64,000 nucleotides of DNA from Trueperaceae bacterium (GTDB lineage Bacteria; Deinococcota; Deinococci; Deinococcales; Trueperaceae), in the NCBI GenBank assembly GCA_965214405.1, contig OZ243956.1:736001-800000 (forward strand), given 5' to 3'. A program made the position numbers and the translations under genes. Shown here one piece after another: positions 42,764-51,815 of this stretch. Below the pieces are notes generated by a model. The model was not told the DNA's origin. It did no database searches and saw nothing but the letters and a program-made list of their open reading frames with translations. Each line of letters opens with the position of its first letter. Within the stretch, counting starts at the first letter, position 1.

Positions 42764-43002
42764 CCTCGTCCTCCTTTGAAGTCTCACTCACCACGAGTCA
42801 CCAAAACCACTTAAGACGATATGACGACCCACTTCTCTCTCTACCCTCCACCTTTACGCGTAACATCCGCATCATACGCATTTGCGACCCCACTTTCAAA
42901 CCAGACGGTGGTAGCAGTAGCTTCCAGACCCGGACAAAAACGCCGTGGTGCGACCCGGCCCACAACGTTACAATCTCTTAGAATAGAGTTGAGGAGAAGA
43001 AC

Positions 43003-45489
43003 ATGCGCCTTATCCGTAACTGGGGCATCGGCATCGGTGTCCTCCTGTTGACGCTTACCGTACTCGGGACCGTCACCGTAATCTCACTGGTGCGCGCCCC
43101 CTTTCCCCAAACCTCGGGCACGCTCCCCCTCCGTAGCTTGGAGGGAGAAGTCACCGTCCACCGCGACGCCTACGGGGTGCCCCACATCTACGCCGACACC
43201 CCCCACGACCTCTTTTTCGCGCAGGGCTACGTGCACGCGCAAGACCGCTTCTGGCAGATGGAGTTCTGGCGGCACGTGGGTCTGGGCCGCCTGTCGGAGA
43301 TGCTGGGGGAAGATTTGGTGGCGAGCGACACCTTTATCCGCACCGTGGGCTGGAACCGCATCGCGGCGCGCACGCTTAGATTTTACGAAACCGAGGAGCC
43401 GGAAGTGATGGCGGTTCTGGAGGCCTATAGCGACGGCGTCAACGCCTACTTAGCCGAGCACCGGGGCGACCCGTCGCTCAACCTGACCATCCTCAAACGG
43501 GTCTATGAGCCGTGGGACGTCGAGCCCTGGGAGCCGCTGCACACCCTCGCCTGGGGCGTGGTGATGGCGGACGACCTAAGCGGCAACTGGCGCGACGAAC
43601 TGCAGCGCGCCGCCCTCACCCAGGCGGTGGGCGAGGACTTGACCGAAACATTACTGCCGCTCTACCCCGAGGACCGCCCCGTCATCGTGCCGAGCGGCGC
43701 GGACGCCGGTACGCGACGCGCTCTAGGCTCCTCCCCAAGCCCAACTCACAGCGCGGGCTCCGGGCCGGACTGGGCGCGCGTCAGCACGAACCTGGTGGAT
43801 CATGCCCCGCCGCAGGGCTGGGTTTTCGGCTCCGGCAGCGGGATCGGCAGCAACAGTTGGGTGCTAGGCGGCGCGTTGACGGACACGGGCCTGCCCCTGC
43901 TCGCCAACGACCCGCACCTGGGCATCCAGATGCCCTCCATCTGGTACGAGGTCGCCCTCCACGCGCCCGGCTGGGACGTCAGGGGCTTCTCCTTTGCGGG
44001 CACGCCCGGCGTCGTCATCGGTCACAACGCGCGCATCGCCTGGGGGGTCACCAACGGCACGGTGGACGTGCAGGACCTCTTTATTGAGCGTTTGAATCCC
44101 GACAACGAACGCCAGTACGCGTTCGAGGGCGAATGGCGCGACGTGAACGTCATCGAGGAGACGATCCGCGTCAACGGGGGCGAGGCGGTCACGCTCGAGG
44201 TCTTAGAAACCCACCACGGCCCCATCATCACGAACCTGCGCGACGACCTAGACGTCCCCGTCGCCTTCCAGTGGACCGCCGCCGAAAGACCTTCCACCCT
44301 GCTCAAGTCGATTCTTCTCCTCAACCAGGCCGCCGACTACGGCGCGTTTCGCGAGGCCCTGCGCTACTGGGACACGCCCGCGCAGAACATGGTGTACGCC
44401 GATGTGGAGGGCAACATCGCTTACGGGCTGCCCGGCGCTGTCCCCATCCGGCGCAACGGGGACGGGCTGGTCCCCGTGCCCGGCTGGACCGGCGCGCACG
44501 AGTGGGTGGGCTGGGTGCCTTTTGAGGAGATGCCCGCGCGCTTCAACCCGCCCGAAGGCTTCATCGTGACCGCGAACAACGCCGCGGTGGACGCGTCGTT
44601 TCCCTATCTGCTCGAGCTCCAGTGGGCCGACGGCGACCGCGCGCAGCGTCTCGTAAATATAATAGAAACGCTGCGCGAGGAGGGCGACATCAGCATAGAA
44701 GACGTGGCCGCGATGCAGCTGGACAGTTACAGCCTGCTTTTCGAGAGCTACCGCCCCCTGCTGGCCGCGCTCCGTAGCGGCGACCCGGCCGTCCAGGAGG
44801 CGCTGGAGGTGCTGCGCGCCTGGGACGGGCAGATGCGGCGCGACAGCACCGGGGCGGCGCTGTGGGGCCTCCTGTTTATGCACCTGCAGGAGGCAACTTT
44901 GGCCGACGAGCTGGGCGACGAAGCGCCCGGCTACATTTCCAACCGCGGCGCGCCGCGCGTGCTCTTCCACCGCCTCGCCCATACCCCCGACTCGCCCCTG
45001 TGGGACGACGCCGCCACGCCGCAACGGGAAACGCGCGAGGACGTCCTCTTGCGGGCGCTTGTTTACACCCTGGGCTGGTTCGAAGAGAACGTGGGCGGCG
45101 CGCTGGAGGATTGGCAGTGGGGCGACGTCCACACCGCCACCTTTGTGAGTAGCCCGCTCGGGCAGAGTGGCATCGGACCCGTAGAAGCCGCCGTCAACTT
45201 AGGCCCCTTCCCGGTGGACGGCGACAGCAGCGCGGTCAACGCCAACGGCTGGAGCTTTGACAACCCGGCCGCGGTCACGGGGCACGTCTCGATGCGGATG
45301 ATTATCGACCTGGCGGACTTCGGGCGCAGCCAAGCCGTCCACTCCACGGGCCAGAGCGGCCACCCCTTCCACCCTCACTACGACGACCTCTTTAAGCTCT
45401 GGCAGGCGGGGCTCTACCACCCCATGTTCTGGACGGCGGAGGAGGTCGAGGACGCGGCGGCGGACACGCTGGTGCTAAAACCCGAGTAG
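43003..45489 (+). CDS. Penicillin acylase family (Ntn hydrolase, S45), membrane-anchored
   Basis: N-terminal TM, RDAYGVPHIYA, AQDRFWQM, GSNSW nucleophile, LANDPHL, GQSGHPF. Confidence 0.93.
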   Translation: MRLIRNWGIGIGVLLLTLTVLGTVTVISLVRAPFPQTSGTLPLRSLEGEVTVHRDAYGVPHIYADTPHDLFFAQGYVHAQDRFWQMEFWRHVGLGRLSEMLGEDLVASDTFIRTVGWNRIAARTLRFYETEEPEVMAVLEAYSDGVNAYLAEHRGDPSLNLTILKRVYEPWDVEPWEPLHTLAWGVVMADDLSGNWRDELQRAALTQAVGEDLTETLLPLYPEDRPVIVPSGADAGTRRALGSSPSPTHSAGSGPDWARVSTNLVDHAPPQGWVFGSGSGIGSNSWVLGGALTDTGLPLLANDPHLGIQMPSIWYEVALHAPGWDVRGFSFAGTPGVVIGHNARIAWGVTNGTVDVQDLFIERLNPDNERQYAFEGEWRDVNVIEETIRVNGGEAVTLEVLETHHGPIITNLRDDLDVPVAFQWTAAERPSTLLKSILLLNQAADYGAFREALRYWDTPAQNMVYADVEGNIAYGLPGAVPIRRNGDGLVPVPGWTGAHEWVGWVPFEEMPARFNPPEGFIVTANNAAVDASFPYLLELQWADGDRAQRLVNIIETLREEGDISIEDVAAMQLDSYSLLFESYRPLLAALRSGDPAVQEALEVLRAWDGQMRRDSTGAALWGLLFMHLQEATLADELGDEAPGYISNRGAPRVLFHRLAHTPDSPLWDDAATPQRETREDVLLRALVYTLGWFEENVGGALEDWQWGDVHTATFVSSPLGQSGIGPVEAAVNLGPFPVDGDSSAVNANGWSFDNPAAVTGHVSMRMIIDLADFGRSQAVHSTGQSGHPFHPHYDDLFKLWQAGLYHPMFWTAEEVEDAAADTLVLKPE

Positions 45490-45743
45490 GTGTAAAGGAG
45501 CTGGTTGAGACTGGGCGCCTCAACTTATACCATTTTGCCTTCTCGAGCGCAGCGAAGAAGTCAAGGACGAACGGAGCGAGTGAAAAGGAGACGGGTTGGC
45601 GGTAACGGATGAGCAGGCGGGCTTTTGCCTGCTCAGTAATGAATGCGAATCTGTATGAGCTTCTTTTCTCGTCTCGCGACGTGTTATGGTTATCTACCAA
45701 AACGCGAAACGCTCATAGATAGCAGCGGAAGAGAAACTCACCC

Positions 45744-46253
45744 TTGTCCGTATCGTACGAAAACTCAAAAGTCGTGTTCGAAGGCCTTAAACAAGCGGGC
45801 ATCACCTCCCTGTCGGCGCTGCCCGAGACGTGGCTGATTCACCTCTTGCAACGCGCCGAGGATGACCCGGACGTGAAGCTCATCGAAGTCGCCAAAGAAG
45901 AGGAGGCCGTCGGCGTCGCCGCGGGCGCGTACTTCGCGGGCGAGCCCCACGCCCTCCTCATGCAAAACCACGGTTTCTTGGCGGCAATCAACGCTATCGT
46001 GTCGCTCGCGCAACTTTACAGCGTCCCGCTATGTATGCTCATCGCCTTTCGCGGTCACTGGGGCGAGCCCTACCCGTGGCACACGCGCGGCGGCATCATT
46101 ACCGAGGAGGTCTTGCGGGCGTTGGGGATTCCCTTTGAAAGGGCTCGAGACCCTCATAAAGTCGCCAAGAAAATACGCGAGGCGTATACCTTTTCGCAAA
46201 GCTCCTTGTCGCCCGTAGCGTTGTTGCTTACCAGGGACTTAATGGAAGACTAA
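45744..46253 (+). CDS. TPP-dependent decarboxylase alpha subunit (ComD/phosphonopyruvate decarboxylase-like)
   Basis: KEEEAVGVAAGA, LLMQNHG. Confidence 0.85.
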   Translation: MSVSYENSKVVFEGLKQAGITSLSALPETWLIHLLQRAEDDPDVKLIEVAKEEEAVGVAAGAYFAGEPHALLMQNHGFLAAINAIVSLAQLYSVPLCMLIAFRGHWGEPYPWHTRGGIITEEVLRALGIPFERARDPHKVAKKIREAYTFSQSSLSPVALLLTRDLMED

Positions 46254-46267
46254 GTATGGAGGAATAA

Positions 46268-46861
46268 GTGGAACGCGCCCGCTGTTTAGAGGTTATCTAT
46301 CCTGAGTTACACGACAAGCTCGTCGTCACCATCATGGGGGCCTGCGCGCAGGAGCTTTACAACTTGGGGCACCGCGAGAACTTCTTTTACCTGCAACACG
46401 CGATGGGCCTGGCCTCGTCCATCGGCTTAGGTTTGGCAACTCACTTGCCCGAAGAGCGCGTGGTGGTCTTGGACGGCGACGGCTCGGTGCTGATGAATCT
46501 AGGCACCCTGACCACCCTGGCCCGCTACCGCCCGAAAAACATGGTGCATATCATTTTTGACAACGGCAGTTTGCTCTCGACCGGCGGCTTCTCTTCGCAC
46601 ACCACCGCGGGCATCACCGACTTGGCCGCCATCGCCAGAGGCGCGGGCGTTGAGCACGTCGCGTTTACGGACACCCCGCTGGGGTTCGGCGAGGCCATTT
46701 TAGACGCTTTTGAGCGCGACGACCTTAGCGTCATCGTCGCCAAGGTGCGGGCGGTCGGGCCGGACAAGTACGGGATGAATTTACAGTTGCCCGAGAACGC
46801 GTTTAGATTTCGGCGTTTTATTCAGGAGCGAAAGCGCGCGAAACAGATTGTAACGACGTAA
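46268..46861 (+). CDS. TPP-dependent decarboxylase beta subunit (ComE-like)
   Basis: MGLASSIGLG, DGDGSVLMNLG...DNG TPP/Mg motif. Confidence 0.87.
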   Translation: MERARCLEVIYPELHDKLVVTIMGACAQELYNLGHRENFFYLQHAMGLASSIGLGLATHLPEERVVVLDGDGSVLMNLGTLTTLARYRPKNMVHIIFDNGSLLSTGGFSSHTTAGITDLAAIARGAGVEHVAFTDTPLGFGEAILDAFERDDLSVIVAKVRAVGPDKYGMNLQLPENAFRFRRFIQERKRAKQIVTT

Positions 46862-46915
46862 GCATATGGATAAAGATTTCTGTCAAGCACTCGAGCCCCG
46901 TTATCCTTTATTGGG

Positions 46916-47932
46916 ATGCAACAGCTAATGACAAGCGAGGTATTACAGAATTGCTATAGAAAATATGGCCCTGAAATCGAAGAGTTTTATTTTACAGAAG
47001 AAAACTGGGGCTTCCTAAAAATGGTCAAAGAGCAAATCAATTACCTTATCAATGAATTTTGTGGGTTTTACAAATTTCAGCGACCTATTCTTGTGTTTCA
47101 TAATGATGCTTTCGTTCGTCCTAAATACGCAGCTCATGCAACTGAGAAAAATGGAATCAGCATTATTGGCATCACAGCAACTGTAGCTCTAGTTCTACGA
47201 CGCTATTTCATGGTTGCTCTTGCCCACAGATCAGAAGACTCGAAAGAATCAAAACCTCCCTTTGTGAAAGATTTGAAAAGCCTATACAGCTATCCTGGTG
47301 TCGCTTTACCAATTAATCGAGAACAATCTATTCGAGCTGAAGAATTAGCACGCATTGGCTTGACTTACGTAGCAGCACACGAACTCAGCCATCTAAAGCT
47401 GGGACATGTAGCTTATATCCCTACCGAAACATACGAAGATTCACAAGAAGAAACTAAGTCGTCGCTTGATTATCTCGCAATGGAATTGCAGGCTGACAGA
47501 TGTGCAGCGGATATCTTAATGAGTTACGCTTTGATGCTAGAGAAACACTTCTCTATAGATTTGATGAAGTTTCTATCCGTATGGCTAGCGGGTATTGGTT
47601 CAACTTTTAGAATGGAATGGGATTCAAAAGATTGGTCACAAAACCTATTCGATTCTAAACATCCGCCAGCTCAATATCGAGGTATCGCCGCAGCTACTCA
47701 GCTACTTCTTAGGTTTAAGGAAAAAAGGAACTCATCAGATAGACAGGTGGTTGAAATATTTGAATTTATGACTAATGAAGTCGAACGTTTTCATAAAGAT
47801 GTTACAGGAAGTGAGGAGCGAAAGTTGCAGGGTGAGCAGTTTGGCGAGTTCCTTTCTAAACATGAAGAATACACTTCGAGATTGCTCGAACACCATAAGC
47901 GATTATTTCCAGAGGCCAAATGTCAGTCGTGA
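46916..47932 (+). CDS. AT-rich HExxH zinc metallopeptidase, Lit (peptidase U49)/M48-like
   Basis: AHELSHLKLGH, MELQAD, HPPAQYR. Two sampled lines are 33% and 40% GC against 70% in a neighbouring line. Confidence 0.75.
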   Translation: MQQLMTSEVLQNCYRKYGPEIEEFYFTEENWGFLKMVKEQINYLINEFCGFYKFQRPILVFHNDAFVRPKYAAHATEKNGISIIGITATVALVLRRYFMVALAHRSEDSKESKPPFVKDLKSLYSYPGVALPINREQSIRAEELARIGLTYVAAHELSHLKLGHVAYIPTETYEDSQEETKSSLDYLAMELQADRCAADILMSYALMLEKHFSIDLMKFLSVWLAGIGSTFRMEWDSKDWSQNLFDSKHPPAQYRGIAAATQLLLRFKEKRNSSDRQVVEIFEFMTNEVERFHKDVTGSEERKLQGEQFGEFLSKHEEYTSRLLEHHKRLFPEAKCQS

Positions 47933-48010
47933 AGATACTTTGGTGGCCCGCACTCAAGTTTCGCTTTAGCTAAGTGTTGCAAATTGACGTTTAACCATGA
48001 AAGGAACCCC

Positions 48011-48775
48011 ATGTCCACCCTCATCACCGACCTCGCTTCGGGCAAGGTCAAAGTCGTTGACTTAAGCCAGTCCTTAAACCCCGACACGCCCGTCATCGCC
48101 CTGCCCGACACGTTCGCGTCCTCGCCCCCTCTAAGCGTCACCGAGATTTCGCGCTACAACGACGCGGGACCCGCTTGGTACTGGAACACCCTCACGTTAG
48201 GCGAGCACACCGGCACCCATTTCGACGCGCCGGTCCACTGGGTGAGCGGCAAAGATTTGGAGGGCAACGCGACCGACACCATCCCCCCGAACAAGCTCGT
48301 CGCCCCCGCCAACGTTATTAACGTGAGTCGAGAGGTCGCTGAGGATGAGGGCTTTTTGCTCACGCCGGAGCACATCGAAAGGTGGGAAGAGGAGCACGGA
48401 AAGATTGATGCGGGCTCGTGGGTGCTGCTGCGTAGCGACTAGTCGAAACGGCAGGGAGCCGAGGCGTTTCTCAACGTCAAAGGGGACGGCCCGGTATCGC
48501 CCGGCCCTTCGCCTGACGCTGTAAAAACCCTCGTTGAGCGCGACGTTATCGGCTTCGGCACCGAGACGGTGGGCACCGACGCGGGCGCGGCGGGGGGCTT
48601 TGACCCGGCTTTTCCCGCGCATACACTCTTTCACGGGGCCGGGAAGTTCGGGCTGGCGAGCTTGACGAACTTAGACCAACTGCCGCCCAAAGGGGCGCTG
48701 CTGATTACCCCGCCGCTCAAGCTCGTGGGCGGCTCGGGCAGCCCGCTGCGGGTGTTGGCGCTCGTGACCGCTTAG
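48011..48775 (+). pseudogene. Cyclase-family amidohydrolase, isatin-hydrolase-like, with an in-frame TAG
   Basis: GEHTGTHFDAP, GTDAG, FPAH, GSGSPLRVLA in one frame; TAG at 48440-48442 where homologues have Trp. Confidence 0.85.
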
Positions 48776-48783
48776 AGGTCTAC

Positions 48784-49629
48784 GTGACGACGCTGCTCAC
48801 GGTTGACGACCTGCTGGCGCTGCCCCCGGTGCCGCCGGACGTTTCTATTGCCTACGGCCCCCACGCGGAGCAGTTTGGACACCTCTACTTGCCTGCTGGC
48901 ACAGGATTCGACTCAGCGCCGCATCCGGTGGTGGTCTTGCTGCACGGCGGTTGCTGGCGGGCAAGGGTCGACCTCACCTACATGGGTCAATTCGCCAAAG
49001 CTCTTACAGAAGACGGGGTGGCGGTGTGGAACCTCGAGTACCGCCGCTTAGACCTTGACGGTGGCTGGCCTCACACGTTTTTGGATGTCGCCAAGGGTGC
49101 GGATTATCTCAGGACGGTGGCGGATGAATACGCGCTCGATTTGGCTCGAGTCCTCACCGTCGGCCACTCCGCCGGAGGGCACCTGGCGCTGTGGCTCGCG
49201 GGTCGTCACAAGCTGGAACCTAAAAGTGAGCTTTATATGGAGGAACCGCTCGAGCTTTGCGGCGTCGTCTCGCTGGCGGGCATCCCCGATTTGGCCGAAG
49301 CTCTGAAGCAAAACATCTGCCCAGACGCGCCCGACCGGTTGATGGGCGGTTCACCGCAAGAGGTGCCGGGGCGCTACGCTGAGGGCTCGCCCGCTGAACT
49401 CCTCCCGCTCGGCGTCCAGCAAATCTTAATCCAAGGCGAACAAGATGACACGGTGCCGCTGAGTTACGTTAAACTTTATGAAGTCGCAACCAAAAAGAAA
49501 GGTGAGGAGGTCCGCCTGATAAGCCTAGCCGACACCGGCCGTTTTGAAATCGTCGTCGCCACAACAAAGCAGTGGCAGCGGGTTAGAGCAGCCGTTCTGG
49601 AGCTGCTCGAGAAAGGACACACATCATGA
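48784..49629 (+). CDS. Alpha/beta hydrolase (HSL-like)
   Basis: HGGCW, GHSAGG, DDTVP; the expected GHF reads GRF. Confidence 0.85.
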   Translation: MTTLLTVDDLLALPPVPPDVSIAYGPHAEQFGHLYLPAGTGFDSAPHPVVVLLHGGCWRARVDLTYMGQFAKALTEDGVAVWNLEYRRLDLDGGWPHTFLDVAKGADYLRTVADEYALDLARVLTVGHSAGGHLALWLAGRHKLEPKSELYMEEPLELCGVVSLAGIPDLAEALKQNICPDAPDRLMGGSPQEVPGRYAEGSPAELLPLGVQQILIQGEQDDTVPLSYVKLYEVATKKKGEEVRLISLADTGRFEIVVATTKQWQRVRAAVLELLEKGHTS

Positions 49630-50792
49630 AATCAACCTTTACCGCAAGTCTCCTCGTCAGTCTCATCACCCTGCTAAGCGTCGGCTTGGCTCAAGAACCC
49701 GTCAAAATCGGCATGGTTACCACCTTGTCAACGGGAGGCGGCTACTTGGGCGAACAGGTCGAAAAGGGTTTCAGACTCGCCGTCGAGATGCGCGACAGCC
49801 CTATCGAAATAGAACTGCTCGTCTCCGACGACGGCCTAGACCCCGAGACCGCCGTGGGTTTGGTCGAGCGCATGGTCGAGCGCGACGGGGTCAAAATCAT
49901 GACCGGCTCGATTTTTTCCAACATTGCAATGGCGACGGTTCCGCGTTTGGTGCGCGAGGGCGTGGTCTACGTCTCGCCCAACGCCGGGCCGTCGGAACTT
50001 GCCGGAAGGGGCTGTCACCCGAACTACTTTAACGCCGCCTGGCAGAACGACAACCTGCACGAGGCGATGGGCCAGTACGTGACCGACCAGGGATTTGAGA
50101 ACGTCTACCTGCTCGCCCCGAACTACCCCGCGGGCCAGGACGCGCTCACCGGCTTTAAGCGTTTTTATGAGGGCGACATCGCCGGGGAGGTCTACACTCA
50201 ACTCGGTCAGACGGATTACGCCGCCGAAATTTCACAGCTACGCGCCGCGAATCCCGACGCGGTCTTTTTCTTCTACCCCGGCGCGATGGGCATCAACTTC
50301 GTCAAGCAGTACGGCCAGGCGGGTTTGGTCGAGCAAATCCCGCTGTTCGGCCCCGCGTTTTCGTTCGATGACACGCTGTTAGACGCCGTGGGTGAGGAGG
50401 CAGCCGGGACCTTTAACACCTCGCAGTGGTCGCCCGACCTGGACAACCCGGCCAACCAAGCGTTTGTCGAGGCGTACAAGGCGGAGTATGACGAGTACCC
50501 GACGCTCTACTCGAGCCAAGGCTTCGACACCGCCAACCTCATCTTGTCGGCGCTCGAGAAGGTGAACGGCGACGTGGACGATACCGAGGCGCTTGTCGCG
50601 GCGCTCGAGGAGGCCGACTTTACGTCGGTGCGCGGTGACTTTGCGTTCAACACGAACCATCACCCGATTCAAGACATCTACGTGCGTCAGGCTTATGTGG
50701 ACGAGAGCGGCAACGTCACAAACGAACTCGTCGCCAAGGTGTTCGAGGACCACGCGGACGCCTACGCGGCGGAATGCGAGATGGGGCGGTAA
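49626..50792 (+). CDS. Liv-type ABC substrate-binding protein (aromatic-acid type)
   Basis: Signal peptide, SPNAGPS, WQNDNLHEA, NYPAGQD, RGDFAFNTNH. Confidence 0.9.
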   Translation: MKSTFTASLLVSLITLLSVGLAQEPVKIGMVTTLSTGGGYLGEQVEKGFRLAVEMRDSPIEIELLVSDDGLDPETAVGLVERMVERDGVKIMTGSIFSNIAMATVPRLVREGVVYVSPNAGPSELAGRGCHPNYFNAAWQNDNLHEAMGQYVTDQGFENVYLLAPNYPAGQDALTGFKRFYEGDIAGEVYTQLGQTDYAAEISQLRAANPDAVFFFYPGAMGINFVKQYGQAGLVEQIPLFGPAFSFDDTLLDAVGEEAAGTFNTSQWSPDLDNPANQAFVEAYKAEYDEYPTLYSSQGFDTANLILSALEKVNGDVDDTEALVAALEEADFTSVRGDFAFNTNHHPIQDIYVRQAYVDESGNVTNELVAKVFEDHADAYAAECEMGR

Positions 50793-50900
50793 CGAGGTGA
50801 GGAGGCGCGGCGGAGTGGGAGAGACGGAGAGTCGTTCTCTCTCTACGCTTCCACTCTTCCGCGCAAACGGCAGCCTTACCCGTCAGCACCCCCTTAGCTA

Positions 50901-51815
50901 ATGCTCCTGCTGCTCGAGCAACTCTTAAACGGCGTCCAGCTCGGCGTCACGCTGCTCCTCATGGCGTCCGGGCTGACGCTTATTTTCGGCATTATGAACC
51001 TCATTAATCTGGCGCACGGCTCGCTCTTTATGGTGGGGGCTTATGTAGCGGCCACGGTGAGCGCCGCCACGGGCTCGTTTTTGCTGGGGCTCTTGGCGGG
51101 CACCGTCGCGGCGGGGCTGACGGGGATGGCGGTCGAGCTTGTCGTCATCCGGCGGCTTTACGCGCGCGACCACCTCGACCAGGTGTTGGCGACTTTTGGG
51201 CTTATTTTGTTCTTTAACGAACTCGTGCGCGTGGTGTGGGGACGGCAGCCGCTGCGGCTTGACGTGCCCCCTTGGCTTTTGGGGACGGTTGAGGTGGTGC
51301 CCGGTGCGCCTTATCCCATCTACCGTTTGGCGGTCATCATCGTCGGGGCGCTCGTGGTGGGTGGGCTTTACGGACTCGTGCAGCGGACGCGCTTGGGGAT
51401 GTGGATTCGCGCGGGGGCGAGTGACCGAGAGATGATTGGGGCGCTGGGGGTGAACGTCTCGAGGCTCTACACCATTATTTTTGGGCTCGGGGCGCTCCTG
51501 GCGGGTTTGGCGGGCGTCGTCGCGGGACCCTTTCTCGCGGTTCAGTCGGGGATGGGCGAGAACATCCTTATTCTCACTTTTGTGGTCATCGTCATCGGCG
51601 GCATCGGCTCGATTCGCGGGGCGGTGGTGGGTTCGCTGTTGGTCGGGCTCACCGATACGCTGGGACGCGCCTACTTGCCGGGGCTGCTCGCCCTCGTGTT
51701 GTCGCCGAGCGGGGCGAGCGCCGTCGGGGCGTCTCTTTCGGCGATGGCGATTTATATCCTCATGGCCGTGGTGCTGGCCTGGCGTCCGCAGGGGCTCTTT
51801 GGCGGCGGGGCGTGA
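50901..51815 (+). CDS. LivH-type ABC permease
   Basis: GLTLIFGIMNLINLAHG, IGGIGSIRG. Confidence 0.92.
   Translation: MLLLLEQLLNGVQLGVTLLLMASGLTLIFGIMNLINLAHGSLFMVGAYVAATVSAATGSFLLGLLAGTVAAGLTGMAVELVVIRRLYARDHLDQVLATFGLILFFNELVRVVWGRQPLRLDVPPWLLGTVEVVPGAPYPIYRLAVIIVGALVVGGLYGLVQRTRLGMWIRAGASDREMIGALGVNVSRLYTIIFGLGALLAGLAGVVAGPFLAVQSGMGENILILTFVVIVIGGIGSIRGAVVGSLLVGLTDTLGRAYLPGLLALVLSPSGASAVGASLSAMAIYILMAVVLAWRPQGLFGGGA

Noticed and set aside
45744..46861. Coenzyme M or phosphonate biosynthesis (comDE/ppd)
   Set aside because: No PEP mutase, phosphosulfolactate synthase or related genes are nearby, so no gene symbols were assigned.
46885..47960. Target-site duplication around the Lit-like gene (GCACTCGAG / GCACTCAAG)
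   Set aside because: Only 8 of 9 bases match and one copy overlaps the abundant CTCGAG word, so chance is likely.
48440..48442. Pyrrolysine or stop-codon reassignment
   Set aside because: TAG ends many intact genes here, there are no pyl genes, and the position corresponds to a Trp.
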